DNA of 64,000 nt from Leucoraja ocellata (Eukaryota): the NCBI GenBank assembly GCA_036785375.1, contig JAWMAR010000512.1, positions 682,001-746,000 on the forward strand. The letters are read 5' to 3'. Made by a program: the position numbers and the translations under genes. Positions within the stretch are counted from its first letter, which is position 1, and each line of letters starts with the position of its first letter. Shown piece by piece: positions 1-11,614 of this stretch. The notes under the pieces were generated by a model. The model was not told the DNA's origin. It saw only the letters and a program-made list of their open reading frames with translations, and searched no databases.

Positions 1-39
1 GATGGTGCCGACTGACGGACGAGGACTGACACTTAGAAG

Positions 40-525
40 TAGGTTGGCAAACTTTCTCACTCCCAAATAAGGGAATAAAGGTCAAAATACGGGACAAATT
101 CCCGACAGCAATTTATTGACCAACTCGGCCATGGCTGGGTGAATGATGAGTTGGCCTGGGTGCTGGACTGCACACAAAGCCCAGCCGGTGGGCCAGCTGA
201 GGGGTTTTGGCCCGGGCCACGCGACGTCGCCACCCCATCCAACTTATGAACCGATGATCGGCCATGAGAATGGGGGGTGGTGGTGTCGAAAGGTCAGACA
301 GCTGACCAGGCTGCTGACCGACGGGGTAAAGGGCGCGGCGCTGCTGCTGCACTACGTCGGGACGGGTGAGGCAGGGCCGGATGCGGCGCTCCGACCCGAC
401 CCGACAGTCCCCTCTACCCGAGTAGTAGCAATCAGAAACGGGACAAGGGCGGTCCCTTATGGGACAAACCAATTTAGCCCAAAATACGGGATATCCCGGC
501 TAACACGAGACAGTTGGCAACCCTA
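40..525. mobile_element. Non-autonomous hAT-like MITE (MER53/Blackjack-like termini)
   Basis: Right end GTTGGCAACCCTA (513-525) is the inverted partner of a degenerate left end TAGGTTGGCAAAC (40-52). Subterminal AAAATACGGGA occurs twice. GC-rich interior. No clear 8-bp TSD. Confidence 0.55.
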
Positions 526-606
526 AGGTGTGCAAGCAAAGAATTTCACTGTGAATTGTCACATGTGACAATTAAGTATTCAATTCAATTCAATTCAAAT
601 GAAGAA

Positions 607-1045
607 GTTACAGAGATAGGTTGAATAAGTTATGTCTTTATTCTCTGGAGCACAGAAGGTTAAGGGGGGACTTGATAGAGGTCTTTAAAATGATGAGAGG
701 GATAGACAGAGTTGATGTGGACAAGCTTTTCCCTTTGAGAATAGGGAAGATTCAAACGAGAGGACATGACTTGAGAATTAAGGGACAGAAGTTTAGGGGT
801 AATATGAGGGGGAACTTCTTTACTCAGAGAGTGGTAGCGGTGTGGAATGAGCTTCCAGTGGAAGTGGTGGAGGCAGGTTCATTGGTATCATTTAAAAATA
901 AACTGGATAGGCATATGGATGAGAAGGGAATGGAGGGTTATGGTATGAGTGCAGGCAGGTGGGACTAAGGGAAAAAAAGTTGTTTGGCACGGGCTTGTAG
1001 GGCCGAGATGGCCTGTTTCCGTGCTGTAATTGTTATATGGTTATA
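607..1045 (+). mobile_element. 5'-truncated CR1 LINE (ORF2 C-terminus and 3' UTR)
   Basis: ORF 621-968 reads LYSLEHRRLRGDLIEVFK...TRGHDLRI...RGNFFTQRVVAVWNELP, the typical CR1 ORF2 end. 3' end GGCCTGTTTCCGTGCTGTA with TTATATGG tail. Confidence 0.95.
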
Positions 1046-1671
1046 AATGTCCAGAAGTTTCCTGGTGATGCTGCCTGAGCTACTCCTTTGTATCTTTTCC
1101 AAACACGTTGCCTTATGAGGAGAGAAATGCACTTGAAGTGCAGAAGTGAAGTAGTGAAGACCTGAAAATCTGCTTTTACCATTAAGGTTTGTTTTTAAAT
1201 TATTCCACCACTTTGGCGTACATTGTGATAAAGATATTTAATGATGTAATAGAAGAGGAACTTTGGGAAGCTGCTACTGATTAATTCTGGTGAGTTGGAG
1301 CTATTGTTTTTGCTTCTTGCTGTGATTGGCTACGTGGCAGCTGCTTGATTAACTTCTGCCATATTCTAGTTTGGTTTTCTCACTCACAAGGAAGGTCATA
1401 TTGTCTGTGGCTGTGTTAAGGTGGCTGTGTTTGAGGCCATCCATGCCTTGTGATGCTATAAATCTGAAGGCTACTATGAGATCGAATTACAAGCTTGTCT
1501 CGGTGTAATTCATGGTTGGATTATCGACCCTTGTCAAATGAGGGAACACTTACAGACCCTTTGTTGTTCTGCAGCTCAGAGTAATTAGAATATAAGATAG
1601 AGAACAGTGCAGCACAGGAACAGGACATTCAGTTCACAATCTCTGCAGCAATCATGATGCCAAAGTAAACA

Positions 1672-2158
1672 AGCTGCAAAGGGTGCTGAGAAGATTTATG
1701 AGGATGTTGCCAGCACTCAAGGGCCTGAACTACAGGGAGAGGTTGAACAGGCTGGGACTCTATTCCTTGGAGTGCAGGAGGATGAGGTGTGATCATTTGA
1801 AGGTGTACAAAATCATGAGAGGAATAGATCGGGTAGCACACAGAGTCTCTTGCCCAGGGTAGGGGAATCGAGACCCAGAGGACATTGGTTTGAGGTGAGG
1901 GGGGAAAGCTTCAATGGGAACCTGAGGGGTAACTTTTTACACAAAAGGTGGCGGGTGTATGGAACAGACTGCCAGAGGAGGAAGTTGAGGCAAGTACAAT
2001 CGCAACGTTTAAGAAACCTTTAGACAGGTACTTGGATAGGACAGTTTAGAGGGATATGGGACAAAAGCAGGCAGGTGTGACCAGTGTAGATTGAACATGT
2101 TGGTCAGTGTGGACAAGTTGGGCTGATGATCCTCATTCTTCACTGTGTGACTCTATAA
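1672..2158 (+). mobile_element. CR1 LINE 3' fragment, degraded
   Basis: Encodes RFMRMLP..ERLNRLGLYSLE and NFFTQKVAGVWNRLPEE motifs with frameshifts. Confidence 0.9.
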
Positions 2159-2164
2159 TTCTGC

Positions 2165-2480
2165 CCACATTTGATTCATATCACTCCATTCTGTGCATAT
2201 TCAATTGCCTATCTAAAAGTCTCTTCAATGCCAATATCTGCCTCCACCGCCACCAGACACGCATCACTCTCTGTGTAAAAAACTTTCCCCGCAAATCTCC
2301 TTTAAATTTGAACCGCTTAATCTTTGTCATTCCCACTCTGGGAAAACATTTCAGACTATTTATCCGATCAATGCCTTTCATAATTTAATATGCTTCATTT
2401 CGGATCAAAACTATCCCTCAACCTCCAGAGTTCCAGAAAAAACAATCCAAGTTTGTTCAACTCTCTTTAAAGCTAACACT
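2165..2480 (-). mobile_element. CR1 LINE 3' fragment
   Basis: ORF 2181-2381 MKGIDRINS..FKGDLRGKFFTQRV. Confidence 0.85.
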
Positions 2481-2540
2481 CCATAAACAATGTAAGTCTC
2501 TTTTTGTAACATTTGTCCTAAAGGCACTCAGCACTCTTGT

Positions 2541-3212
2541 GTCTCGACCCAAAACGTCACCTATTCCTTCTCTCCATAGATGCTGCCTCACCCGCTGAGA
2601 CTCAACGTGGAAAGGTCAGATTGGGAAGTTGAAGTGCTTAGCCACCGGAAGATCAGGTAGGTTAAGATGGACTGATCATTCAGCGAAACGATTGCCGAGC
2701 CCCTGTTGTTCCAGGTGTCAACTTCTCTACATCGGCGAGACCAAGCGCAGGCTCAGCGATCGTTTCACTGAACGATCAGTCCCTCTTAACCTACCTGATC
2801 TCCCTGTTCCTCAGCACTTTAACTTCCCCTCCCATTCCCAATCTGACTTTTCTGTCCTGGGCCTCCTCCATTGTCAGAGTGAGGCCTAGCGCAAATTGAA
2901 GGGACAGCACCTCATATTTCCCTTGGGTAGTTTACATCCCAGTGGTAAGAACATTGACTTCTCTAACTTTAGATAGCACTTCCTTTCTCTCTCCACCCCG
3001 TCCCCTTCCCAGTTCTCCCACTAGTCTTACTGTCTCCAACTACATTCTAATATTTGTCCAGTCCACTTCCCTGACATCAATCTGAAGAAGGATCTTGACC
3101 TGAAACGTCACCCATTCCTTCTCTCCAGCGATGCCACCTGACCCACTGAGTTACTCCAGCATTTTGTGTCTACCTTCGATTTAAAACAGCATCTGCAGTT
3201 CTTTCCTACACA
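2541..3212 (+). mobile_element. Penelope-like element remnant: GIY-YIG endonuclease C-terminus, 3' UTR and hammerhead-bearing terminus, with a short inverted piece at ~2605-2700
   Basis: CSRCQLLYIGETKRRLSDRF...HFNFPSHSQSDFSVLGLLHCQSE, then a pyrimidine-rich UTR, then CTGAAGA..GAAACGTC at 3082-3109. Confidence 0.9.
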
Positions 3213-3924
3213 AGAGAATAAACAGGATGGTTCAGGGCTATCTGAGCACAAATAAAAGTTGTATTTGGATTGAAAATGATGCCATCCCAAAGAGACAGAA
3301 GCAGCTCCATGGAATGGGGAGTGTCGTACCACCCTAGCGGGTGACATGGCTGTAGTCTCCAGCGGGCCACAACCTGCACGGGAGAAGCAGCCAAGTTGAC
3401 TCTTGCTCGTTCCCCGAAGACCAGAAACCTGAGAGGAGGCAGCCAGTGACAACGGACGCGAGGAACAAGGCTGGTAGGAGAGGGACATGAGCCTGTCCTA
3501 CTGAGCCCTCGGGGTCAGCTGGGGGAGGCACCTCTGGGGCACAGAGGTGCTTTGGCGAGGAGAGGGATGTCGGTTCGCTGGTCGACCCACACGTCCAAGG
3601 AAGGAGAATGCTGGAGTCCCTGCAACATCCTGGAGCTTGACTGGATCAGGAGATCTACAGCGCAGACGGGATTTTGAAGATGGTGCCAAAACCTGGCGGG
3701 AGACTATCTCAGAGCACTTTGTCAATCGGGGATTGTGCTTAGGTATGGCGATACTTTACGAACTGGAATTTCACGGTGCATTTGCAATTGACAATGAAGC
3801 TCCATTGAACCAGATTACCTTCCTACTTGGCCCATTATGCACCTCTGGCTCACCTGAGGGCAGTTTGCAGATCACACATTGGTCTAATCATCCTCCTCAG
3901 AAACAATTGAACTGGAGTGGAAGA

Positions 3925-4570
3925 AAGTGCCTAAATAGGATAGACAGTCAGAATCATTTTTTTCCCAAGGGTGGAAATGCCATTGACTTGAGGAGATACC
4001 AAAACTTCAAAGGAGATACGTGGTGCAGGTTTGTTCACGTAGATGGTTGTAGATGCCTGGAATGTGCTGCAGGGGTGGTAATGGAAGCAGATACAATAGT
4101 GACATTTTATAGGCTTTTAGATAGGCACATGGATATGCAAGGAATGGAGGGATATTGATCCCATGAAGGCCGGGAAGATTATTTTAACTTAACAGTTAAA
4201 TATGGTTAATCTGGGATGATGTTATAGAGGTGTACAGAATCATGAGAGGAAAAGGTCAGGCAGACATACAGAGCCTCTTGCCCAGAGTAGGGAAATCAAG
4301 AACCAGAGGACATTGGTTTAAGGTGAGGTGGTGGCGGGGGGGAGAGATTTCATGTGAGCCTGCCGAGTAACTTTTTCACACAAAGAGTGGTGGGTGTACG
4401 GAACGAGCTGCCGGAGGAGGTAGATATAATTGCAACATTTTAGAAACATTTAGACAGGTACATGGATAGCACAGGTTTAGAGGGAAATGGACAAAACATG
4501 GGCAGGTGTGAGGTGTAGATGTGACAGGTTGGACCAAAGTGCCTATTCCCACGCTGTAAGACTCTATGAC
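3925..4570 (+). mobile_element. Two adjacent degraded CR1 3' fragments
   Basis: LLDRHMDMQGMEGY end of ORF2. A second copy from ~4213 has RTRGHWFKVR and NFFTQRVVG motifs. Confidence 0.85.
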
Positions 4571-4589
4571 TATCTTGTCTACTTACATG

Positions 4590-4682
4590 CCTGTAGCTGT
4601 GACTCTGCCTGGAATACATACACACTTGTAGGTGTGACTCTATCTGGTATACGTGCATACCTGTAGGTGTAACTATATTGGA
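4590..4682. repeat. 35-bp minisatellite, ~2.7 degenerate units
   Basis: Units CYTGTAGSTGTRACT.. start at 4590, 4625 and 4660. Confidence 0.7.
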
Positions 4683-4758
4683 CATCAAGAGTCAAGAGTG
4701 GTTAATAATCATATGCGCAGCGAATCGAATAATACAATTCTTCCTCGCTGCAGCTTTA

Positions 4759-5162
4759 TTAATTAATTCATCATTGTTAAAAACATTAACGATGCAGTGG
4801 TGCTGGTTTCCAACGGGAACGGTGACGGACGCACCACACATCTCTGTCCTCCAGTTCCTGTGGACCTCCGCTGCTGGAAGTAAAGCATTTTGGTGTGTGT
4901 GCTTTATTATCGTTCCTTACAATGCCATGTACGACATTGAATACAACTTCTACTGAAGTGTGGATGGCTGTTGGCTCGCTAGCTTATCTGCCCTTTAACA
5001 GGTCTTGTTTTTGGTCCTGCTGGGGGTCCACAGCCCCCTCCTCTCCTGGCAAACCAGGTGGGGGAGACGGTTTAGTCGCCAACTATCCGACCATGGAGCA
5101 GATCGCACGGGATTGCATGGTACCCATGACGGGGGGAACTCACCCCGACCTGAACTGACCTG
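4759..5162 (-). mobile_element. Short non-coding retroposon, probably an internally deleted RTE-type derivative
   Basis: Flanked by direct repeat AGCTTTA (4752-4758 and 5163-5169). AT-rich tail at the left end and GC-rich structured region at the right end. Inserted into a Rex/L2-like tail. Family assignment from memory. Confidence 0.5.
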
Positions 5163-5329
5163 AGCTTTACAGTCACTCTAAACGTGACAACTCAACAAAT
5201 AAATGTACGATAAAAATGATAATATAATACAATAAATTATCAGATATTAGGTAACTAGACCATAACAGTGCAAACTGATGTGTGACGTGCAATCTATATA
5301 AAGCCCGTGGTAGTTTGTTGCTGAGAGTT

Positions 5330-5600
5330 ACAGTAGGACAATGTGGTTCGTGAGCCTGATGGGTGTTGGAAAGAAGCTGTTCTTGAAACTGGAGGTAACG
5401 ATTCTTGGGCTCCTGTACCTTCTTTCTGATGGTAGCAGGTGTTGTGCCACCTTGATGGTATCAGCTTCCTTGATGGATCTTTGTTTTTTCCTCAATTAGG
5501 TCAGCAATGAACTCTCTGGTTCTGCTGCCACTGAGAGCAAGATTGTTGTTCTGGCATCATTCATTCTGATTATAGAGCTTCGTCCTGCATTGTTACCCGC
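5330..5600 (-). mobile_element. Rex1/Babar-like LINE 3' fragment, degraded
   Basis: AAGAAGCTGTTCTTGAAACTGG and CTGAGAGCAAGATTGTTGT motifs are shared with other Rex-like copies in the window (28180, 31500, 37370). Confidence 0.6.
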
Positions 5601-6639
5601 TATTGACGACTTACTTTGTTAAATTGATGGGAAAAATATTATCGCAGAAGTCCTAGCGTGATATGAGGTGCTATTCCATCTAAAAATTAGATTTGCTCAA
5701 AATCTAACATGATATAAATTCGAATAATCTGAACTTTTCATAAATTTCAGAAAGCAGAGTTTAAATTGCAGCTTTTGATTTGTCTTGGCGTTTTCAATTC
5801 ACATTGCACAAGGATTGGAATTTACCCAAACTAAGCAAACCTTAGATTGTGCGACACTTGATTGAACTAAATAAATCAGCATCATCTTGCTTCTCAGACG
5901 CAAAAATGTGCTCATCTATCCAAGCAGATGTTCAGATGTTTACCTCATGAAACAGAAGCCATTGATTTATAATCCCAGAATACCAAAATATCCAAAGCAA
6001 AAGCCAGGGAGCTACGGATTCTTCAATGGAAAAACAGTCTGATAATTAAATACGTATGGCATACAAATCCAGAGCATTAGGTGGAAACTATGATCTTCAA
6101 TTTTTCTATAGGTATTATGCCCAGTAATAATTTCTAGGATAAATTTCAGACTTGTATAAATAACCATTATAAACTCTTTACTCTGGAGTAGAAATTAATT
6201 ATCTCCTGCATACGTGTATTGTGATCACTTTACAGACATTATATTGCAACAGTTTGACAGTCCACATCACTGTAGCTCAATTTTCCATTACAAGAGCAGA
6301 AGATCAAACCTAATTTTTTGTAAACAAGATAAATCTGAATTATTATATGGCATCCGAAATTACAAAATAACTAAAATAATCCATTAGTGAGTAAATCAAT
6401 GACCCATCTGGAAGTTGAACTTGTCATTTTAGAGTCAAAGATGGTTAACATAGAACTACAATGAACGGGGTGGTTGCAAAGGTGCATGTTTCCATGCTGT
6501 ATCTCTAAACCAATCTCAGTGGGTAATTTGTGGAGTTAAGGTTTCCCCTTAACTGCACTCTTGCCATGCTCAATTCCATTCATTGGCACACCTTTCCCCA
6601 TCTCTGCCACATACCTTGTCATCTGAGGATGCTGCACAT

Positions 6640-7380
6640 CTCAAGATGTGAGGTGTTGCATTTTAGGAAGTCTAACATGGGCAGGACCTATACAATGAAT
6701 GACAGGGCTCAGGGGAGTGTTATAGAGCAGAGGAATCTAGTAGTGCAAGTATGGTGCCTTGAAAGTCGAGTCGCGGGTAGATAAGGTGGTCAAGAAAGCT
6801 TTTGGCACATTGGCCTTCATCAGTCAGGGTATTGAGTATAGAAGTTGAAGGTCATGTTACAGTTGTATAAAATGTTGGTAAGGCCACATTTAGAGTATTG
6901 TGTTCAGTACTGGGCACCATGTTGTAGGAAATATGTCGTCACTGGAAAGGGTACAGAGAAGATTTACGAGGATGTTGCCAGGACTAGAGGGTCTGAGCTA
7001 CAGTATAGGGAGAGGTTGAGTAGGCTATGACTCTATTCCTTGGAGTGCAGCAGTTTGAGGGGTGATCTTATAAAGTTGCATACAACCATGAGAGGAATAG
7101 ATCGGGTAGATGCACAGAGTCTCTTGCCCATAGTGGGTGAATCGATGACCAGAGGATAAAGGTTTGTGAAGGGGAAAAGATTGAAAATAAATCTGAGGGG
7201 GTAACTTTTTCACACAAAGAGTGGCGGGTACATGGAACAAGCTGCAAGATGAGATAGTTGAGGCAGGGGCTATCCCAATGTTTAAGAACAGTTAGACAGG
7301 TACATGGATAGGACAGGTTTGAAAGGATAGGGCCAAATACAGGCAGGTGGGACTAGTGTAGCTGGGGCAAGTTGGACCAT
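6640..7380 (+). mobile_element. CR1 LINE 3' fragment (RT C-terminus)
   Basis: RCEVLHFRKSNMGRTYTMN; [23 protein letters not shown]. Confidence 0.93.
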
Positions 7381-7554
7381 GGAAGCTCCAATCTCACTCC
7401 TGACTAAATGATTGGACTGTTGACCAGTTGACCATAGCCCCCACCACTCAATGACTTCCTATTCACTTTCTCCCCCCCCCCCCCCCCCCCCCCCCAGTGG
7501 TCCAAACTCTCACCACTCGCTGTGAAGCCCCAATCCTCTGTTATACAAAAAAAA

Positions 7555-7760
7555 AGGCACAAAATGCTGGAGTAACTCAGAAGGTCAGACAGAATCTCTG
7601 GAGAACATGGCTAGGTGACCACTCGGATTGGGATTCTTCTTTGGACATCCCAACCCATAATGTCACCCATCCATGTTCTCCAAAGAACCTAACCTGCTGA
7701 GGTACTCCAGCACCTTGTGTGTTTTTGTCATAAACCAGTGATCTGCAGTCCCTTGTATCT
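7555..7760. mobile_element. Degraded inverted pair of Penelope-like termini
   Basis: CACAAAATGCTGGAGTAACTCAG on the left and TACTCCAGCACCTTGTGT on the right, in inverted orientation. Confidence 0.7.
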
Positions 7761-7974
7761 CCCTTGTTATCCCAGTTACCTGAGCCAGCAAGTCCTCCAA
7801 GTTCATCTCCATATTGTTATATCTCCCTCCTAGTGCCTCGCATCTCCAGGAACTGATGGCCTCTCTCCTTTAATGACTGACCAACCAAACAGAGGAATTT
7901 CCATTGCCAGCCAGATCTGCTGGGGAAATAAGGAAATAGAGTACCAGGTTTAACTGAAACCGACAGTGACATAG

Positions 7975-8140
7975 AGGCATGGAGTCATATAGTCTAACAG
8001 CTTGGATACAGCCACTTCAGCCCAACTTGCCCACACGGGCCAACATGTCCCTTCAACACTAGCCCCACCTACCTGGCTTTGGCACATATACCTCTAAACC
8101 CTGTCCTATCCATGTATGTGTCTAAATGTTTCTTAAACGC
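7975..8140 (-). mobile_element. CR1 3' end fragment
   Basis: CCTCTAAACCCTGTCCTATCCATGTA is the reverse complement of the CR1 ORF2 terminus seen at 2030-2055. Confidence 0.75.
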
Positions 8141-8699
8141 GAATGTGGTTACCCATGAGAGGAATGCTCGCTGGCATGCTGGACAGTTCCCGAATAGTCT
8201 GCTGGCAATGGTATGCTCAACGATATCCTGGCCACTGAGCTAGACGCATTGTGTGAATGCATATTATTATAATAATTACAATTAGACATGATATCAGAGT
8301 AATTATGGTTCCTGCCATGAATACTTGCTGTGATGCAAGCAACATTTGTTGCGGTCATTAGGCTGGACAACCACCATGCGTTATCAATGACACTCCCACA
8401 TTGTAACACTTGGCCCACTTACAGAACTTGCTCTTTTGTCAGCGAGGCAGATTATTGCTGTAGCGCAAAACAAAAACAGTTAAAATTAGTGTTCACTGCA
8501 GGATCATGTTCATAAGTGCATCCATCTATTGACATTTTTTTAATCAAGAACATTGCAGTCACAGTTTGAAAGAGGTGGTGAAGATATTCTCATAGCCTAG
8601 ACCATGATAAGTGCCCATTCCAACTGCATTGGCTACCATCGAATCAGTTCTGCTATCAAACAAGCCCCAAACAACTCTTTATTAATTTTTTACTTTAAA

Positions 8700-8980
8700 T
8701 ATATAGCGTGGAAACAGGCCCTTCAGCACATCGAGTCCGCGCGGACCAGTCATCACCCATACACTAGTTCTGTGCCGCACAGTAGAGACAATTTACAGAA
8801 GCCAATTAACCAGCAAAACTGCACATCTTTGGAAAGTGGGAGGAAACCGGGACTCCTAGAGGAAACCCACATGGTCACAGGGAGAAGGTGCAAACTCCAC
8901 ACAGACAGCTCCCGAGGTCAGAACTGGATTCTCTGTTGCTGTGAGGCAGCAGCTCTATCAGCTGTGCCACTGTGTCACCC
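8700..8980 (-). mobile_element. tRNA-derived V-SINE (HE1-like)
   Basis: Reverse complement of the V-domain (GTGGGAGGAAACCGG..CAAACTCC) and of the CR1-derived tail (GGAAACAGGCCC). Confidence 0.88.
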
Positions 8981-9514
8981 TTTCTCTAGTTCCCATTCTT
9001 ACTAGTTACTATCCTTGATAGTTACGACAACATTAGAGTCAGTATCTATCTGTTCAAAACAAGGGATGGAAAAGGCTCAGATCAAGGATCTAAGACCCAA
9101 ATTGGAACTAATACCACATTAATAATACATTGACAAATTTTGCACATTTTAATTTGGTGAACATTATTTGTGAGCTACAAGATGTACAATTTAAAAAAAT
9201 ATGCCTGGTATGTTGACACTTAGAAGTGAAAGCCAAGCTTGGCATAACATGGTCAATTAAAGTACAGATGCAGTGTAGACATGGAGAGAATCGCTAAGTG
9301 CAAAGCTCTAGGGAAGACATAATTAGCTCCAAGTAGATGTGGATTGTTTTATTGATTAAGAAAGTGGAAGATATAGTGGGAAATGTTGCTTGTGGAAAGA
9401 GTACATGTTCCACTAAGCGGTGGAGTGTGTTAGTAGAGGGAAATTAGGTCTCTATTCAATGAAGAACTGGAAGCCATTTAGACCCCTAGTGTATATTTGA
9501 TGAGACTATCTGTT

Positions 9515-9655
9515 CATAAGTTCATTGGTGATAGGAGCAGAATTAGGCCATTCGCCCATCAATTCCCCTCCGCCATTCAATCATGGCTGATCAATCTTTC
9601 CCTCTCAACCCCATTATCTTGCCTCTTCCCCGTAACCCCTGGCGCCCGTACTAGT
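9515..9655 (-). mobile_element. CR1 3' UTR fragment
   Basis: GGAGCAGAATTAGGCCATTCG..CCGCCATTCAATCATGGCTGATC, a UTR shared with copies at 16260, 54455 and 54970. Confidence 0.8.
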
Positions 9656-10833
9656 CAACCGGTACAAATATGGAGGCCAATGGTGAATGAAGGAAGGACC
9701 ATTGAACATCTCAAACTACCCACCACCTGTGGCTGAAACTGCCGACCCCACATTCAGCCCCCTCATAACCTATCATTCCCCACTGGCTCCATGGGATGGA
9801 TGAGAGTCAAAACCTGTGTGAAACTGATGGAAATAATGGGCAAGAAATGTATTTTTAGGGGAGAGATGAGCAAATATCAGCAGAAGAGGAACTTGCCTGT
9901 CACAGAAAGATAATAATTCATAAGAGAGGTTAGTGTGTTGGAGTAAGCAAGTGTCATAGCAATTATTATTAACATTGATGCAACAAGAGATGACTGTGAC
10001 GAGACCACAGTTGGATCACTTTTATATTATTCTGGATCATTTCTAGCCTTCTTACATACACAAGGCTGCAATGATAACAAATTAAATTCTGGCATGAAGG
10101 GTTGCCCCAAGAGAGGTTGTGTGTTGGCTCCCATCCAGACATCCATTCGTTGACACTGGATGTGGTGAGTTGCTTGTTTTGAAGTGGATGCTATGTTCTC
10201 AAATATAGATTTATAATGCTCCATTGAATGCTTTAATTATGTTTTTTTTTCGTTGTTGGACTTGCACTGCAAGCGAATGGCAGTGGCACTTTTTATCTTG
10301 ATTTTTCTTAATGGATCTCGATAAATATGAGTCTGTATGGTTTACGTAGGCTTCTGCAGTTGGGTCATTTGAGGTAAACTATTGAAAATGGATCCTTTGC
10401 CAAGTCCAAACTGTAGATAGTGGATCTGTGGTTTAGACTAACCAAAAGAACTGGTGACATTTTCAGGGTTTTCTTTACTTAAGTTTATGTAATTTTTAAT
10501 TTCTATAACATTACATCAAAGAATACTTTGAATCAATGATCCAATTAATTCCACTGACCTATGCTCTCTGTTTTTATGTCTCGTATATACACAATAACTT
10601 TTATCTTGGATGTTTGACCCATATTCCCAGCCTTTGTCTCCAATATACTTGGCTGCTCAACTCTTTGATCCGCAGTTACATTTACCTGTACATCTTATCA
10701 GTATATCTGTAAAGTTTATTTTTAAGCAGTTATCAGAGTAAATTAGATAGCATTAAATAAAAAGGAATCAGGTTCATGAGCAGCAATTACTCTGTGGTGT
10801 AGAATGAATGCAAATTCAGTCCTAAACTCAACA

Positions 10834-11066
10834 GAAGAAAGACACAAAATGCTTGAGTAACTCAGCGGGACTGGCAGCATCTCTGGAGAGAGGGAATAGG
10901 TGATGTTTCGGGTCGAGACCATTCTTCAGACTAAAGACTGAAGAAGGGTCTCGACCCGAAACGTCATCCATTCCTTCTTTCCAGAGATGCTGACAGTCTT
11001 GCTGAGATACTCCAGCATTTTGTGCCTATCTTCGGTGTAAACCAGCATCTGCAGTTCCTACCTACA
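10834..11066. mobile_element. Palindromic (inverted) pair of Penelope-like termini
   Basis: ~95-bp arms: GACACAAAATGCTTGAGTAACTCAGC..TTCTTCAGAC and CTGAAGAAGGGTCTCGACCC..CCAGCATTTTGTG. Confidence 0.9.
10938..10965 (+). ncRNA. Minimal hammerhead ribozyme core (Penelope-type)
   Basis: CUGAAGA-A-GGGUC(UC)GACCC-GAAAC-GUC: both conserved core boxes, a 5-bp stem II and palindromic ACGU as stem III. Confidence 0.7.
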
Positions 11067-11134
11067 GTCAACAGCCCATGTAAACCATTTTATTTTGCCT
11101 ATATATATATCACTGTCACTGATCAAAACAACCA

Positions 11135-11432
11135 GAGTTGTTGCCTTACGGAGCTAGAGACCCGGGTTCGATCCCAACGATGGGTGCTATCTATAGGGAG
11201 TTTGTATGCTATCCACATGACCTGCATGGGTTTTCTCCAGATGCTCCTGTTTCCCCCCCAAACTCAAAGAAACATGCAGCTTTGTAGGTTATTTGGCTTG
11301 GTAAAAATTGTAAATTGTCCCTAGTCTGTAGGATAATATTAGTGTGCGGGGATTGCTGCTCGGTGCGGACACGGAGGGCTGAAGAGCCTGTTTCCGCGCT
11401 GTATCTTTAAAGCAAACCACACTAAACTAAAC
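11135..11432 (+). mobile_element. V-SINE (HE1-like)
   Basis: B box GGTTCGATCC at ~11165, V-domain, tail GCCTGTTTCCGCGCTGTATCT followed by (CTAAA)n. Confidence 0.9.
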
Positions 11433-11614
11433 CAACACTTTTTTTAAAGGGTTGTGCTTTGTGATGGGAACCAATGGTTAAAGCATTGGCAATTTCATGG
11501 AAATGGTGAGAGAAGATGGGTGTAAGAGGTTGTCTGTGGATGAGTGTAAGATGTGACCCTGGACCTCTTCGCCATGGGGTAGAGAGGTGCTTTCTCAGCA
11601 GAAGCTGAAATGGA

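Noticed and set aside
607-1045. Inverted segmental duplication with 28258-28749
   Set aside because: Similarity is confined to the CR1 body, so these are independent insertions of one young subfamily.
3547-4158. Longest ORF (203 aa) as a host exon
   Set aside because: It is a chimera of GC-rich unknown sequence and a CR1 3' end (LLDRHMDMQGMEGY), with no coherent domain.
5095-5162. Canonical HDV ribozyme at the head of the 4759-5162 element
   Set aside because: P1-like pairing exists, but the L3 consensus and C-N-A-A strand could not be placed. Kept only as an unexplained structure.
7472-7496. Poly-C/G tracts (also 24520-24545, 52742-52770, 55333-55355) as functional elements
   Set aside because: Simple homopolymer expansions, several inside TEs, and prone to sequencing length error.
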